Shown piece by piece: positions 13,242 to 26,720 of a stretch of DNA of 64,000 nucleotides. Position 1 is the stretch's first letter. Every line of letters begins with the position of its first letter. The stretch is taken from NCBI RefSeq assembly GCF_006345805.1, contig NC_043002.1, forward strand, positions 97,588,001-97,652,000, given 5' to 3'. The stretch comes from Octopus sinensis. Lineage: Eukaryota. The notes under the pieces were generated by a model. It did no database searches, was not told the origin of the DNA, and worked only from the letters and a program-made list of their open reading frames with translations. Made by a program: the position numbers and the translations under genes.

Positions 13242-13497
13242 GTTACGGTGTTGCACTCATGATCTACCGATCGTGTGTTCATTTCCTGGACAGGGTAGTG
13301 AGTTGTGTTTTTGAGCAAAACACTTCATCTCACGTTGCTCTGCGATCACTTCGACACCTGACAGGTGGTACACCGAGCACTTGTTTCAGGCAACATCGAT
13401 TTGATTGAGTGAACTATGTGCGACACGAACATTTGGGCACATTTGTGCACGTCGCTGAACGCTCATACGTCGTCTTCGATCTGAGAGTCCATCATGT
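13240..13497 (+). mobile_element. SINE family D
   Basis: Degenerate A/B boxes plus TTGAGCAAAACACTTCATCTCACGTTGCTC domain also seen at 9065-9256, 15256-15400 and 44820-44934. Confidence 0.7.
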
Positions 13498-13509
13498 ATG
13501 TATGTATCA

Positions 13510-13645
13510 TGTATCATTGTGTCTGAAGAGAGTCCTCTTTTAGTGCCTTGTTACTTATCACACTCACCGACTCAATTTCCACTCATTTACTTTTTTCTTT
13601 TTCTAAAATTTTCGTTGCGTCTTGCAACCACTTCAATAGTCGTTT
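13510..13645 (-). mobile_element. Penelope-like pLTR fragment with hammerhead-like motif
   Basis: Homologous to 58057-58173; minus strand TTGAAGTG-GTTGC-AAGAC-GCAAC-GAAA-ATTTT; lies in (TA)n. Confidence 0.55.
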
Positions 13646-13717
<72 letters not shown>

Positions 13718-14088
13718 TGTTTTTTTTCTTACTGTCCTGCTCTTGTTACTACTTTCACCCTCCGCAAAACATCCCAATTTTATTTAATTTGCTTTGCAGG
13801 AAGGACTGTTTTAACGAAGTCGCATCTTGTCCTTGCCTTCGAAAACGTGGAGTAGATGAAACAAGGACAACTGAAGAAGGGGAATATTCTTTATGCTGTA
13901 TGTCTCGTTTCTCTGTTTCTTTTTTCGTTGTTCGAAAAAAGTTCGTTTCTATGTTTTTGTTTTAAGTTTTCGTTTCTCATCGTGTTCAACGTTTTTTTTA
14001 TGTCCTGTGCCTATATATGCATGTATATATACATATATATGTTGGTATGTACATATATGTATGTATATATGCATATATTTATATATTA

Positions 14089-14126
<38 letters not shown>

Positions 14127-14930
14127 TATATTATATATATATATATATATGAAAGTATGTGTATCTGTATGTGTAAGCCTAAAGTGTTCTTAAATGGCAT
14201 TGTATTAAATTAGCACATCACTTAAAACAATTTCAATGTATATAAAAACAAAGTGCACAACATTCTACTCGACCACGCCAATACGGGGGCCCTAAATATT
14301 TGCGTTGTTCAGTACCACGTTTCTTTCAAGAATATTCTCATACTTAAGTTTGCACTGAGAACACAAAACACATTTTTTAAAGAATATATCGCTTTTTTGT
14401 TTGGTTTTTTTTTTTTGTCTCTGTAATAGTCACAAAGTTTACTCGTTCTTTAAATTATAATCTAATGTTTAGATTTTGTTCGTTATAAAAGCTTGTCAGA
14501 TAAACTGATTTAGACCATATGAAGGACTGAGAAAATTACATCGAATGACTTGAAAATGAACAGACAGGAGAAAAAAAATAATGTTTGTGCGATACAACAA
14601 TGTCTTGGTAAATCTCTTTAGAAGGAAATGGCGTGATCTGACAGACATTCTGTGGCCATTCCTAAACAGAACTACAACTAGACTACAACAGAATCAAGCC
14701 GACAATTTTGCTTCCTGAATCTAAGTAAATTGACTTAGTGATGGTTGAATCTATTTCCTTTTTTATTATTCCTAAAAATTTGGACAAAAACCTATTTTTG
14801 TAGCCAAGTAAAAATATTTCTGATATCCTCCCTCTCTCTGCATCTCCTTTCATCTCTCTCTTTCTGTCTCTCTCCCTCTTTTCATCTCTCTTTTTCATTT
14901 CTCTTCTCTTCTACCTCTCTTCTCTCTTCT

Positions 14931-14961
<31 letters not shown>

Positions 14962-15490
14962 TCATTTCTCTCTATTCCTCTCTCTCTCTTCTGCTTCTGT
15001 CTTTTTCTCTCTGTTTCCTTTTCCTCTAGTCACTCTATTTCTTAGACATCTTTATCAATCTTTAAACTTACCTGATTATATTTTCCCTTTCTTCTCTCCT
15101 TCTCACTCACTCTCACTTTCTTTCGTCTTATCTTTCTCCTTTTCTAACCAACTCTCATATTATTTTTCTTTCTTCCCCCACCACTTCATTATCTTTCTTG
15201 TCTGTTTCCCTTTCTCTTACTTCAAAAATTCAGGTTTCTAATAAAATAATTAACGAAGGCGTATGACCTAGTGGTAAGTAGGTTCAGATCATGATCGTAT
15301 GTTCAATTCTCTGACCGGGTGACACGCTGTGACCTTAGACTTTATATCACACTGCCCCAGTCTACTCAGCTGTAAATGAGTACCAGCTGGGTGTTGGCGA
15401 AACCCTCTCAACCTCTAACTGTCATTTTCTGAATGTTTCGCTGGCCGATGCGTAATGGAGCTGAAAGGATATCTATGACTGCTTACTATA

Positions 15491-15883
15491 TCTTTATATA
15501 TAAAACTGTAGTTGTGTGAGTGTCTGTCCCCTTCGATTTAGATTCCTAACTACTCCCACATTTTGCGGTGCAGTTTAACCAAAACCGGGTATTTTATAGT
15601 CGTGATTCATATCGAACCCTTCTGGGTATTAGCGCGCGTCTACGATGACTCAACGATTTTTAAAATAATTTACTATAATTTTTTTCCATTTTCATGCATA
15701 TATTTTTAAAGGGAAGTAACTCTCTAAAAATGTCTACGATGAGTCAACGATTTTAAAAAAATTTACCATCATATTTTTTCCATTTTTAATGCATTTCTTT
15801 GCTATTTTTGGGCTATAACTCTCTAAAAATGCTGTATAGTTATTTCCCTTACAAACCCGAGCAACGCCGGGCGATACTGCTCG
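15491..15883 (+). mobile_element. Non-autonomous Helitron (short form)
   Basis: 5' TC, 3' CCCGAGCAACGCCGGG hairpin then CTCG (CTAG variant), inserted between A and T; homologous to 36097, 36603, 38642. Confidence 0.9.
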
Positions 15884-17049
15884 TTACATATACATTTCAG
15901 ACAATTACCAAAAGCATGATAAAGTTATCCAGTCATACTTGCTCGTGAGTGAAGATGGTTCGTATTAAATAAAGTACGAAGTCAATTAATTACAAAATAT
16001 TCTCCTGCAACAGGTGTGGGAAGGCGAAAGATTTCATGTTTAGAAACTATAAACAATCGAATGCATTTGTCTTGGTTATCTGTCAAATAAATATTTACTA
16101 CTTCTATTGTAAAACTGTACAACTAAAGCTTAATCCAATATTATTCCTATTAAAAATCTTATACATGATTATTCAGAAATACTTATATGACAAGTTAAAG
16201 AACTGCTTTGTTCCATTTGCATTCTTATTAAAACTGAATATGATACCGTGTAATAATGGACCTGTTATTTTTATATAAGCCACTATGTACATGATAAAAC
16301 TTACTATGAACAAACATACAATATAAAGCTAACATAATTCCGCAGAATCTGATCTACCCCTTGCTACAACAAAAGAATTACCATCATTCTTCTTTACTCA
16401 AAGCTCGTTATTGAAAGAAAGCATTGATCTTTTTAGATATATCATTATTTTGCAATAATAATCACGGATTAAGATGCAATTCTTGACACAAAGTAATGCT
16501 TTTTGGAGCAAAAATTTAGTTATCGAAAGATTAAATTCAATGATCAGTTGCTGCTTATGACTAATACAATTGAAACAATTAGTAATAGAGATATTGTTAT
16601 TCCATAATAGTAAATCGGCTACTTGCATACTTCGAAGTATAATGGTGTCTACGTTCTTTTTATTCCTTATATATGTTACTCACTTTTGATTATATTTATC
16701 AACCTACAAGCTAGGTTATTAGTGAAATTCTCTTTTGTGGACCTTAGATGTAATATAAAATCTTTGTAAAGCTAGACGTTCGGTCTCGTCATTTATTTCT
16801 AACACGCTAGTTATTTACTTAGCCTTTATATTAATGGAACTGGGTGCACTAACACATTTTATATTGGTATTATTACTACTAATACTATTCAGCAATAGCT
16901 TATTGTAAGTGCCACTGTAATATTTCAAAATGTCTACCGAGTGAACGTAGGACAGCCTTGTATAATACAGTTACAATCAAAACGATTTCTATTGTTAATA
17001 TACAGAATCAAAGACTTTTATCTTGTATATAATAAATATACGACCATTT

Positions 17050-17760
17050 GAGTAATTTCTTTCATTACTTGAGATTCGATAAAATGTGTTAGGGAAGAAT
17101 GAAAGATCGTGACGTCTGCATTAGTATGGGCTTTGTTGGATGTGATGGCAAATACATCATCGATGTGCAGATGGAAGAAAATGGGAGGCAAAACCGAAGC
17201 CCGGGGTACATTAGAGTTGATTGTGAATGGAGCAGAAACAGCTCCGTCAACACATGCCATGATCTCGCACTCAAACAGAAAGCTTACAGAAAATTGCTGC
17301 TTCAGGTAAGCTGAAAGTGTTGATAGGAGATATGCAGGGTAAATATGGTAGGAGGCTTTGCTGATATCTAGACTAAGAGTATGTTATCGCTCTCATCATA
17401 CTTCTCGGAAGCAAAAGCCTAGTGGTGAGTAACATAAGAGAGTAGATGCACGGATAGAAGAGAGAGAGAGAGAGAGATTCAAGGTTTTGGAAAATTTTTA
17501 ATTGTGGTTGTTCTATTATCTCAGTGATGTTAGATGTGAGGACAAAATAGGGTGATAGTTGGCTGGATCAAAAGTAGGAGATACTGGGGAGCGCTGTCAG
17601 GGTATATCCTTCTAGAAAATAAGAAATTAAAGATTCGGTGGGTATAGAAGCAAATTCTGGAGTGGATTGTTTAAGTGTAATTGAAGGGACATTACCAGGG
17701 CCGGTGGTCTTGTTTATTTGAAACAACTGTATGTAGTTCTGCATTTTTCATGTGTGTATG
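17050..17760 (-). mobile_element. Degenerate CR1/Jockey-group LINE RT fragment
   Basis: VDGAVSAPFTINSNVPRASVLPPIFFHLHIDD..AHTNAD resembles GVPQGSVLxP..YADD. Confidence 0.75.
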
Positions 17761-18051
17761 CGAAGCGGGGGGATCTTAGAGAATATGGAACGGATTGACT
17801 AAGGGTAAATAGTATGGAGTTAGACGCACATCAGACAACGTCGGTGGAGAATTTCTGCATGCGAGTGCTGCATATACAATTATCATTGATCAGAAGAGAA
17901 GACAAAGAAGACTCAAAAAAATTGTGGAGATTCTATTGGCAAAAAAAAAAGATTTTGTTGCAATATGGCAGTCGAAAGAACTTGGCGGCTGTGGGTTGCA
18001 TGAAGGCATCCGTTTCTCATCCAAGTGACTGTTTGTTTTTCATTGTCACAG

Positions 18052-18122
18052 ATGCATGTGATACTTTGAGCGGTGTAAAGACAACGAGTACCCCTGAAGT
18101 CAAAAGTTCCATGACCTACGCT
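18052..18122 (+). other. Candidate isolated 71-nt coding exon of an unknown host gene
   Basis: TGTTTGTTTTTCATTGTCACAG acceptor, GTAAGA donor, open frame (D)ACDTLSGVKTTSTPEVKSSMTYA. Confidence 0.3.
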
Positions 18123-21100
18123 GTAAGAAAAGATAATTGCACAACATATAATAATATATATTAATGTTGTAACTACAGTAGCACAGAGGGTTCGCATTTC
18201 CCTGAATCGTTATATGCGTCATAAAGAAGAAAATCCCAGTTGCGATTTTTAGTCAAAGCAGGTAGAACATCTTACCAATTTCTGAAAGTTACTGGAAATC
18301 TGGTATATCGGAAATAACCTTAAAGATGAGCACCACACCTTGTTTTTTTTTGCGGGGGGGATGGTTTATTTTTCTTTCTTTTTGTCCCGTAACCTCCATC
18401 TTCTTAGACTCATTCATAATGCATATAGGGCGCTTCCACTATAGCAAGAATTCCTAATCTACCCCGCTCTTGGACAGTGGTTCTCACAAAAATTAAGAGA
18501 CCATCATTCCAAAAATAGTCTTACAAGTTCGCTCGTTTTATATCTCCGTAGCCTTATCGCATTTTTAGAATTTGTCTGTCATCATATCTTCCAGTATTAG
18601 CATCGATGATGTGTATTCTTTAGCATCCACACAATAAGTATAATAGATACAACCTCCCAGCAGTTGACTGTCTAGTTGAGGATTGTTTTGCTAACCAACA
18701 CTTCCGTTTCTCAATATATTTCATGAATCTTTGAACAGATGATCACCAAACATACTTTAAGATAGTGGAATATCAAAACAACCTTTTCTTATTTAATTAT
18801 ATGGTTTCGTATTTTTTTACTCTTTATTAGTATTATTAGGTTTCTTTCAACCAGAGGCACTGATTGCTTTCATCGATTTTTTTTTCATCGTACATCTATA
18901 AACGATATTATATCATAAATGGTAATCGCTACAATCAATTTTTCTAAATAGTTCTTTTCCCGTCATGAATATATATAATATTTTTTTAATAGAAAGTCAT
19001 TTTTTTGTTTGTTTGTGTAAATATTAGTGATTTGATTTTCTTTTCTTTTTACCGAAGATAACTTAAAGTAAATAGGACCGGTTTCATTTTACAGACATAA
19101 AGCTTACTTGGCCAATCAGACATATTTCTAAACTGAATATGTGGTTACAATGAATCTTGGCGAACAATTGCAAAGATAACAAGAAAGTAAAACGTAAAGC
19201 TTCTTAAGAAATAAATTATTAATCTTAGTTCTTTATATAAATGATGTTTTATAAATGTAAGCTGTTGATATGTCGAGGGAAATAAAGATAATCTATTGAT
19301 TGGAAGGAGAATAAGAAAAATATTATATTTTATATTCCAATTTAGATTTATTACTCAAATCATACTTTCCTTACTTTTGTTAAAATTATTTGAAAAGCCT
19401 ATTAAATATTTGCAGAATTTCAAATATATATCGAAGAAATTGTAAGGAAGAGAGGATCTAGAATAAATAAATAAATAAATAAAACAACACTTATAAAAAG
19501 AATAGCATTTGTTTGTTGTCGTTTGTTCTTCTTTTGCTTAAGAAGATTTTGAATATTAATGAACACACATTTAACCACACATTGACAACAATAGCTGTAG
19601 AGACTACCTTAAAGTAATATTATATATTTATAAACATACTGAGTCATTCTGCAAGCTCTTTAAGCAATAACACAAATTCATATAGAAAACTGATATGTAG
19701 CCATGAATTTTTGCATTCAACTTTTTCTAGTCTTCGTTTCCTTACGTACGATGTGACCACTATCATCTGTCTTCCCTCACATCAGATATGGCCATATGCT
19801 CCTTCTTCACATGTGCTTTCTCTTCGATATGTTCATTTTATACACGTATGTTTTAGCTAATGTCACATGTTCCCTCTTCAAATCTGCTTCTTTTTATCTG
19901 TACATTCATATCATACAAAATTATATAATACGAAATTGTACTTGATTTGATCTGAGGCAGTGTGTTGAAACGAGAGCAATTACAGTATGGAAGATATGCA
20001 TCAACCTTTCAAAAATACACAAAAACTATTAACTTCAATTAAATATTTACCATTTGGTCTCAATTTTTTTTTTTCGTCGTACTACCTGCCATCTTGGCAT
20101 TGAGTCAGTTCTACCGCAGGGAAACTTTTTCAGCGACCAAGTTGCAAATAGTACAACGAAAATGTTGACAGTAAATAAATTATTAAATGATGTTAACATG
20201 CTTTTGTGTGTGGGACTTTGGCTAGTATACGATTCCTGAGCTTTAGAATCCTTTATAATTTGTATAAAAACCTTATTTATGTACAGACTCTATCGTGAAA
20301 AAAACATCTTCACCTGAAAATTTTTACCAGCAATACAATAATTTATTGATGCAAATGATTGTAGAAAATGATTAACTATCAGCAAACCTTGATATTCTTC
20401 ATTATTCTTCAGGCATTAATAATTTTTTAATAACTTTAATAACACTAGCTGTGCCAACTTCAAATTTATCTCTAGCTGTGCCAACTTCAAATTTATCTCT
20501 AATTGGCTTAATTCCAAAAAATCAAATACTGTATAAAATATTACAGTTGTCAGTGGGCAAATGGAAATGAATTCTTAATTTCTGCTAAATGCAAAACAAT
20601 ATTCCCGGAAAAATTTTTTCAATATTTTTTATATCCTTAACAAAAGTCAACGGGATATTTATGTGGCATTAAGCCAAATAGTTAGAACGTGTGTGAAGGG
20701 TGGAGTGTACTTCAGAAATAATCGATTCTGAGTTTGAGGAAGAGCACAATTTCTGAGATGTACTTGACTGATAAGTGATTTTTATCTGAGGCTGTGCGTT
20801 GAAACTAAAACAATTACAGCGTAGAAAACGCATATTAGTCATTCAAAAACACATAAAGACGGTTAACTTCACATAAACAATTATTTTTGGTGTCCAAATT
20901 TTCGTCCAGATGATCCATGTCAGTGACCGGGTTGCAACTTGTGCGACAAAAAATATTACACTAATTAATAACCAGTTAATAGTTTTGTGTATTTGTCAGT
21001 GACTAGCAACATTTCGTCCGTCTTTACGTTCTGGGTTCAAATTCCCCTAAGATCAACCTTGCCTTTCATCCTTTTGCAGTCGATAAAATAAGTACCAGTT

Positions 21101-21954
21101 GAGCAGTGGTGTCCATTGACATAACCCCCTCCCCACTGCAAAAAGTTGTCGTTTTGTGCCAAAATTTGACACCAATATATGTCTCCCTCGCTATACTTGA
21201 AGAACACAGAGTGAAAACAGTTCTCTCCTAATATCTATTGAGATTAGTTAAGTTATCAAAGCTGAGTTAAGATACGTGTATCCCATTCACTCGGGAGTGT
21301 TTCATATTGATTGTGTTGTTCTAGTATATTGCGAGATCAATGCTTAGTATTGAATTATGGATTGACGAATTCTTGAAGGTTCATCTGGCGTGGCTTACTA
21401 GAAAGTAATTCATTTAAATATTTTTTAATAGATTTGCAATGCGCTTTGTCTAAATTTTTCAACAGGCTATTGCACAGTTGTGAGCTTTTAGATGCCAAAC
21501 TGCAGCAGTATAACGATGTCTTTGAAAAAAATATATTTGAATGATGCTAGTTGCTAGGTAAACTCTCATGAAAATTTGTATTTACTCCCACGGTTTTTTA
21601 TTTATCTAAAATTGAATTTATATAAAAACGGTGGATCTTTTTTTTTTTATTTTTTAAAATATCCTGAAAGATCATGAAGCTGATACAAAACAAAGATGAA
21701 AAAAAAAAGGAAATTTTGCAAATGCAAGCAACAGAAAAATACACATTCATTAAACTTGTATGTATTGCCTCAAAATAACCTTTGTACTCTACAGTAAATG
21801 TCAGATATATTTTTGACAGAGAAGCATTAACTATTCCTCTGTGAATCAATTTTATTCAATTATAATGTAGGGATGGATATTTTATGAAGAGTTCACCTGA
21901 ATATTTTAATTCAATTGTTATTTTAATTTAGCTGTTATTATTCATGATAATATG

Positions 21955-21992
<38 letters not shown>

Positions 21993-22386
21993 CTTTTTGT
22001 TATTTTCATGCTTCTCTATTTCTTGTTAACATTGCTAGTGAATCAATTGGTAGTTTTATGTCTCCAGTCATAATAAGGTTACCAAAGAAATACTGTATCG
22101 TGTGACAAAATCATTAATAAAACAAAATAAAACAAGAGATCGAAAAATAAGACATTAAACAAAAAATTTAAGATATGGAGACATTAAAAAGATATTAAGA
22201 AGAATGGAGTGAATCAATAAATCGATAATTTCGGTATGTGATTATGTTGTGATTATGTGGAAAATTTTGAACAGAAAGGAGGAATAGTGTGAATAACATT
22301 ACAAGCACCGAGCAATTTCCAAAAATCCTTGTCGGACATTATACGTGAATTGGTCAAATTATGTATTAATTTGCTTAAAACGTTTC

Positions 22387-22389
<3 letters not shown>

Positions 22390-22437
<48 letters not shown>

Positions 22438-22453
22438 ATATCTCTCTCTCTCC

Positions 22454-22499
<46 letters not shown>

Positions 22500-22556
22500 T
22501 ACATATACATATATACATATACTTATACATATATACACATACATATACATATACAT

Positions 22557-22641
<85 letters not shown>

Positions 22642-22700
22642 ATATGTATATGTATATATGTATATGTATATATGTATGTGTATATATGTATAAGTATATG

Positions 22701-22769
<69 letters not shown>

Positions 22770-22820
22770 GAAGGAGAGAGAGAGATATATATATATGAAG
22801 GAGAGAGAGAGATATATAAT
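22390..22820. repeat. Fold-back palindrome built from TA/CA microsatellite
   Basis: TCTCTCTCTCCTTCAT..CATATACTTATAC mirrored by GTATAAGTATATG..ATGAAGGAGAGAGAGA. Confidence 0.85.
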
Positions 22821-22863
22821 AAAGCAGCGCAGATAAACACGATTAAGACACATACATACATAT

Positions 22864-23045
22864 ATTTCAGTTCTATATTTAAGAGATGAGGAATTATGTA
22901 CATTATTTACTTTAGTTACATTTGTCCTCATCTTGTTTGTTGTTAATACAACGTTTCAGCTATATACCCTCCGCCCTTCACCAGGAGTCTTGGGGAAATT
23001 TCGAACCTGGGTTCTCATTCCTAAAGTATTTTTCGATGTTGTTGT
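22864..23045 (-). mobile_element. Penelope-like pLTR fragment with degenerate minimal hammerhead
   Basis: Minus strand CTGGTGAAGGGCGGAGGGTATATAGCTGAAACGTTG; homologous to 24004-24100 (+) and 42917-42990. Confidence 0.65.
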
Positions 23046-23056
23046 TGTTAATATTA

Positions 23057-23114
<58 letters not shown>

Positions 23115-23115
<1 letters not shown>

Positions 23116-23633
23116 GAGTGAGAGAGTAGTGCATGCCATCAAAGTGACACTGGGGTAAAATATGCAAAGCACAGTATACCCATCATGACTACCCGTCTGA
23201 TAAGGGTACACCAGGCACATGCATCACAACCATAAGTGCACGACATTGTGATCTCATAGCAAGATAAACAGCGCATGAACTTGCAGGTGGGGCCCAGTTA
23301 GAATTTTCTTCTGGTCGAGTAACCCATCCTGCTCAAAAGGTCCCTGAATAAGGGTTGTTTAAGGATGTTGAACGAACCACCTATGTTTCCAGAGGTGAAT
23401 TATTCAAGCCCCAAAGAATTCCTCTCAGCACATGGTTATGATGCTTCCCCACTACTTCTGCTGGTGGTCAGAGATGCACATATCATCAGCCACTAAGGGG
23501 CATGCTCAACTGGTTAAGGTTAAACAACTGACAAGCAAATCTGTGGTATTGAGCAGAATATTTGCTGTAGCCCATCTTTTATACCAAGACAAAACAATGT
23601 ACATGATAACACTTCCAATAAGTTAAGATCAGA
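23115..23633 (-). mobile_element. Non-coding ~520-bp insertion bounded on both sides by (TAA)n
   Basis: Sharp boundaries with (ATT)n tracts at 23050-23115 and 23633-23770; no ORF. Confidence 0.55.
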
Positions 23634-23697
23634 ATTATTATTATTATTATTATTTTTATTTTTATTATTATTATTATTATTTTTATTATTATTATTA

Positions 23698-23767
<70 letters not shown>

Positions 23768-23936
23768 CATCATCATTATTATTGTATTTAGGAATGGTCA
23801 TTTTGCCAGTTTGGCCAATAAAAACACGTACTATATATTATTGGCTAAACTGGCAAAATGACCATTCCTAAATACAACAACATCTGTTTCAACACACGAT
23901 TTCACATCAAGAATCTTGCAAAACAAATATATAAAC

Positions 23937-23996
<60 letters not shown>

Positions 23997-24003
23997 TCAC
24001 TGC

Positions 24004-24100
24004 CTGATGAAGACTGGAGGGTATATCAGCCGAAACGTTATGTTAACAACAAACAAGATGAGGACAAATATCCGTCAAATGTAAATAATGTAAATAATAT
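24004..24100 (+). ncRNA. Minimal hammerhead-like motif in a Penelope pLTR fragment
   Basis: CTGATGA-A-GACTG-GAGGGTATAT-CAGCC-GAAACGTT (palindromic AACGTT stem III); 5' stem I strand missing. Confidence 0.55.
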
Positions 24101-24384
24101 TCATATATTTGTCAATATATATAAACGTTTAAATGCATTACATAAATGTTTATCTTCTGTATATTTTAACTTTTTGCATATCCCTATATATATATATATA
24201 TACTCACATGTGTATATTCATAAATGTATATTTGTATATATATCAAGCTAAATCATATTTATCTGCTACACTATCTCTGAATCAACTCACCTGGATTCTT
24301 CTTATCGCGGACTACTACATACTTTCTGTATTAGCCATCTCTAGATCTCATTTATTGATTGTGTATATATATATTTTTATTCTA

Positions 24385-24765
24385 TTATTTGTTTCAACCA
24401 TTTGACTGCGGCCATGCTAGAGCACCGCCATTTCGTCGAACGAATCGACTCCAGGACTCATTTTTTGTAAGCCTAGTACTTATTCTATCGCTACCTCTTT
24501 TACCGAAACGCTAAGTTACAGAGACGTAAACACACCAACATCAGTTATCAAGGGACTGTGGGGGAACAAAGACAGGCGCACAAAAATATACATACATACA
24601 TACATATATATATACATACGACGGGCTTCTTTCGGTTTCTGTCTACCAAATCCATTCATAAGCCTTGGGTTGACTCGAGGCTATAGTAGAAGGTGCTAAG
24701 CAGTGGGACTGAATCCGGAACCATATGGTTGGTAAGCAAGCTTCTTACCACACAGCCACACCTAT
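24385..24765 (-). mobile_element. SINE family A
   Basis: Homology to other family A copies. Confidence 0.88.
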
Positions 24766-25196
24766 ATATATATATATATATAAACTGATTTGTTTCTTTA
24801 CAGGAACAGATATCAACAAAATGTCTTTTAATTATTGTTAATCTTTTACTGCGTCTATGATTGCATTTTTATAACCTAGGGCATAAATGCATATGTGTAT
24901 GTGTGTGTATGTTTGTGCGTGTGTGTGTGTGTGTGCTTGTGAGTGTGTGGGTGTGTGGTATGACAGGTGAATATATTTATTTAACTACTTGTCATCCTTA
25001 AGGTTACGGCTGTTTCGCAACCTCCGTTATGTAATAATAACTTCAGTGAATAATAAATTAGGTCTACATGTCTATTAATATGCATGCTACGCATTATACA
25101 GTACGATTGTATATTTAGAAATCAGTGCAGATAAAGAAAGCTGGATCATCAGATAACCAAAACATCATGGTTACACCAATTATTTAACTCTAACTA

Positions 25197-26406
25197 TTAG
25201 CTTGGAAAGAAAGTAATTTTGTTTTACGCAAATAGATAGTTACGATTTTTTTTAAATAACTTTTGTCACCGTTATGATTTTTTTCCTTTTGACATTTGAT
25301 AGCCGTTACTTTTAGTACTTTTGTCTTGCTTTAGAAGCAAATTGCGCGTAATTTTGTTTACAGCTGTTAGCTCAGTGTCAGTTTTAACATGGAGTACAAA
25401 AACGAACATTTTCGCCATATTTTGGTTTTTCATTTCCGTAAAGGCAAGAAAGTTGCTGAGTCTCACAAAGAAATATGTGTAATTTATGGTTTTTGATTGC
25501 TTAACAGAACGCACACATCAGAAATGGTTTTTAAAATTCCGTTCTGAAGATTTTTCATTCAAAGACGACCAACGTTCTGGTCGACCTACTGAAGATGATG
25601 ATCACCGAATCAAAGCCATAATTGAATCTAATTATCATATAATAGTGCGAGAGATTGTAGAGAGGTTAAATATATCACACACAACAATTGAAAATCACTT
25701 AAACAGTCGTGGACTCGTTAAGAAGCTTGATGTTTGGGTTCCACAAATTGAAAGAGATTCACTTAACATAAAGAATCAATATTTGCGATATGCATCTCAA
25801 ACACAATGAAATCAACCTTTTTTGAAACTAATCATCACTGGTGGTGAGAAATGGATTGTCTACAATAGCATCAATGGAAAAGAATTATGGTCTAAGTGTA
25901 ATGAACCAGCACAAACCACATCAAAAGCTGAATTTCATCAAAAAAACGTCATGCTGTCAATTTGGTGGGATTACAAAGATGTGTATTTTGAACTGCTTCC
26001 AATTGACCTAACGATCAATTTAGATGTTTACTGGAGGAGGCAATCAAAGAAAAACAGCCAGAATTAGCAAATCGTAAAGGAATCGTGTTCCTGGGAGGTG
26101 ATGTTACATTCATCATATAGCCCTGACCTTGCATCATCAGATTACAATTTATTTCGAAGTTTTCAAAAGCCTTTGAATGGTAAAACTTTCAATAACGATG
26201 ATAACCTGAAATCGCACTTGCTTCAGTTTGGGGCTGATAAGGACCAGAGGTTCTATGATCGCGGAATCGTGAAGTTGTCAGAAAGATGGCAAAAGGCCAT
26301 CGAACATAATGGAAAATGTATAATTGGGTGAAGTTCATTCTTTGTATGAAAAAAAATTAATTTTATTTCTCACTGAAAAACCGAAATTATATACTTGCCA
26401 ACCCAA
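25197..26406 (+). mobile_element. Decayed mariner (mellifera-like subfamily)
   Basis: ATG at 25389 MEYKNEHFRHIL; DVWVP, ITGGEKW, VMLSIWWD, YSPDLASSDY motifs; right TIR ..CTTGCCAACCCAA, degenerate left TIR. Confidence 0.93.
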
Positions 26407-26409
26407 TTA

Positions 26410-26720
26410 AAAATAGGTTTATATTTTGCGATAAAATATGCTTCTTTGCTAATGCACTGATTATAGGTTGCATTGTCCCTGAATTTGTAGAGGGAAAAAT
26501 TCTGAAGTTAAGTTGTTCGTTAGTAGGGCAAATATCGATGTGCTCGCTTAATCCTGTTTTTCTGTATTCCCGTATTTTAATCTGGCATCTATGTACCATC
26601 ATCCTTTAGCGTAGACCGTTTTTAGTTTGACCAATATATTGTTTTCGACACCCTGAGCAAAGTAATACATATATTAGGTTTTCCGAAGCACATGTGAAGT
26701 AGTTTTTCACTGAGTTTATT
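26410..26720 (-). mobile_element. Penelope-like element GIY-YIG endonuclease fragment
   Basis: FTCASENLIYVLLCSGCRKQYIGQTKNGLR*RMMVHRCQI..LSEHIDIC, the CCHH-type GIY-YIG layout of PLEs. Confidence 0.88.

Noticed and set aside
19095-19195. Acceptor-like TTTTACAG exon candidate
   Set aside because: Stops in all three frames
24990-25160. Minus-strand CTGATGA..GAAACAGCCGT and a similar GAAACAGCTGT motif near 5105
   Set aside because: Stem I register and very long stem II not convincing without a consensus
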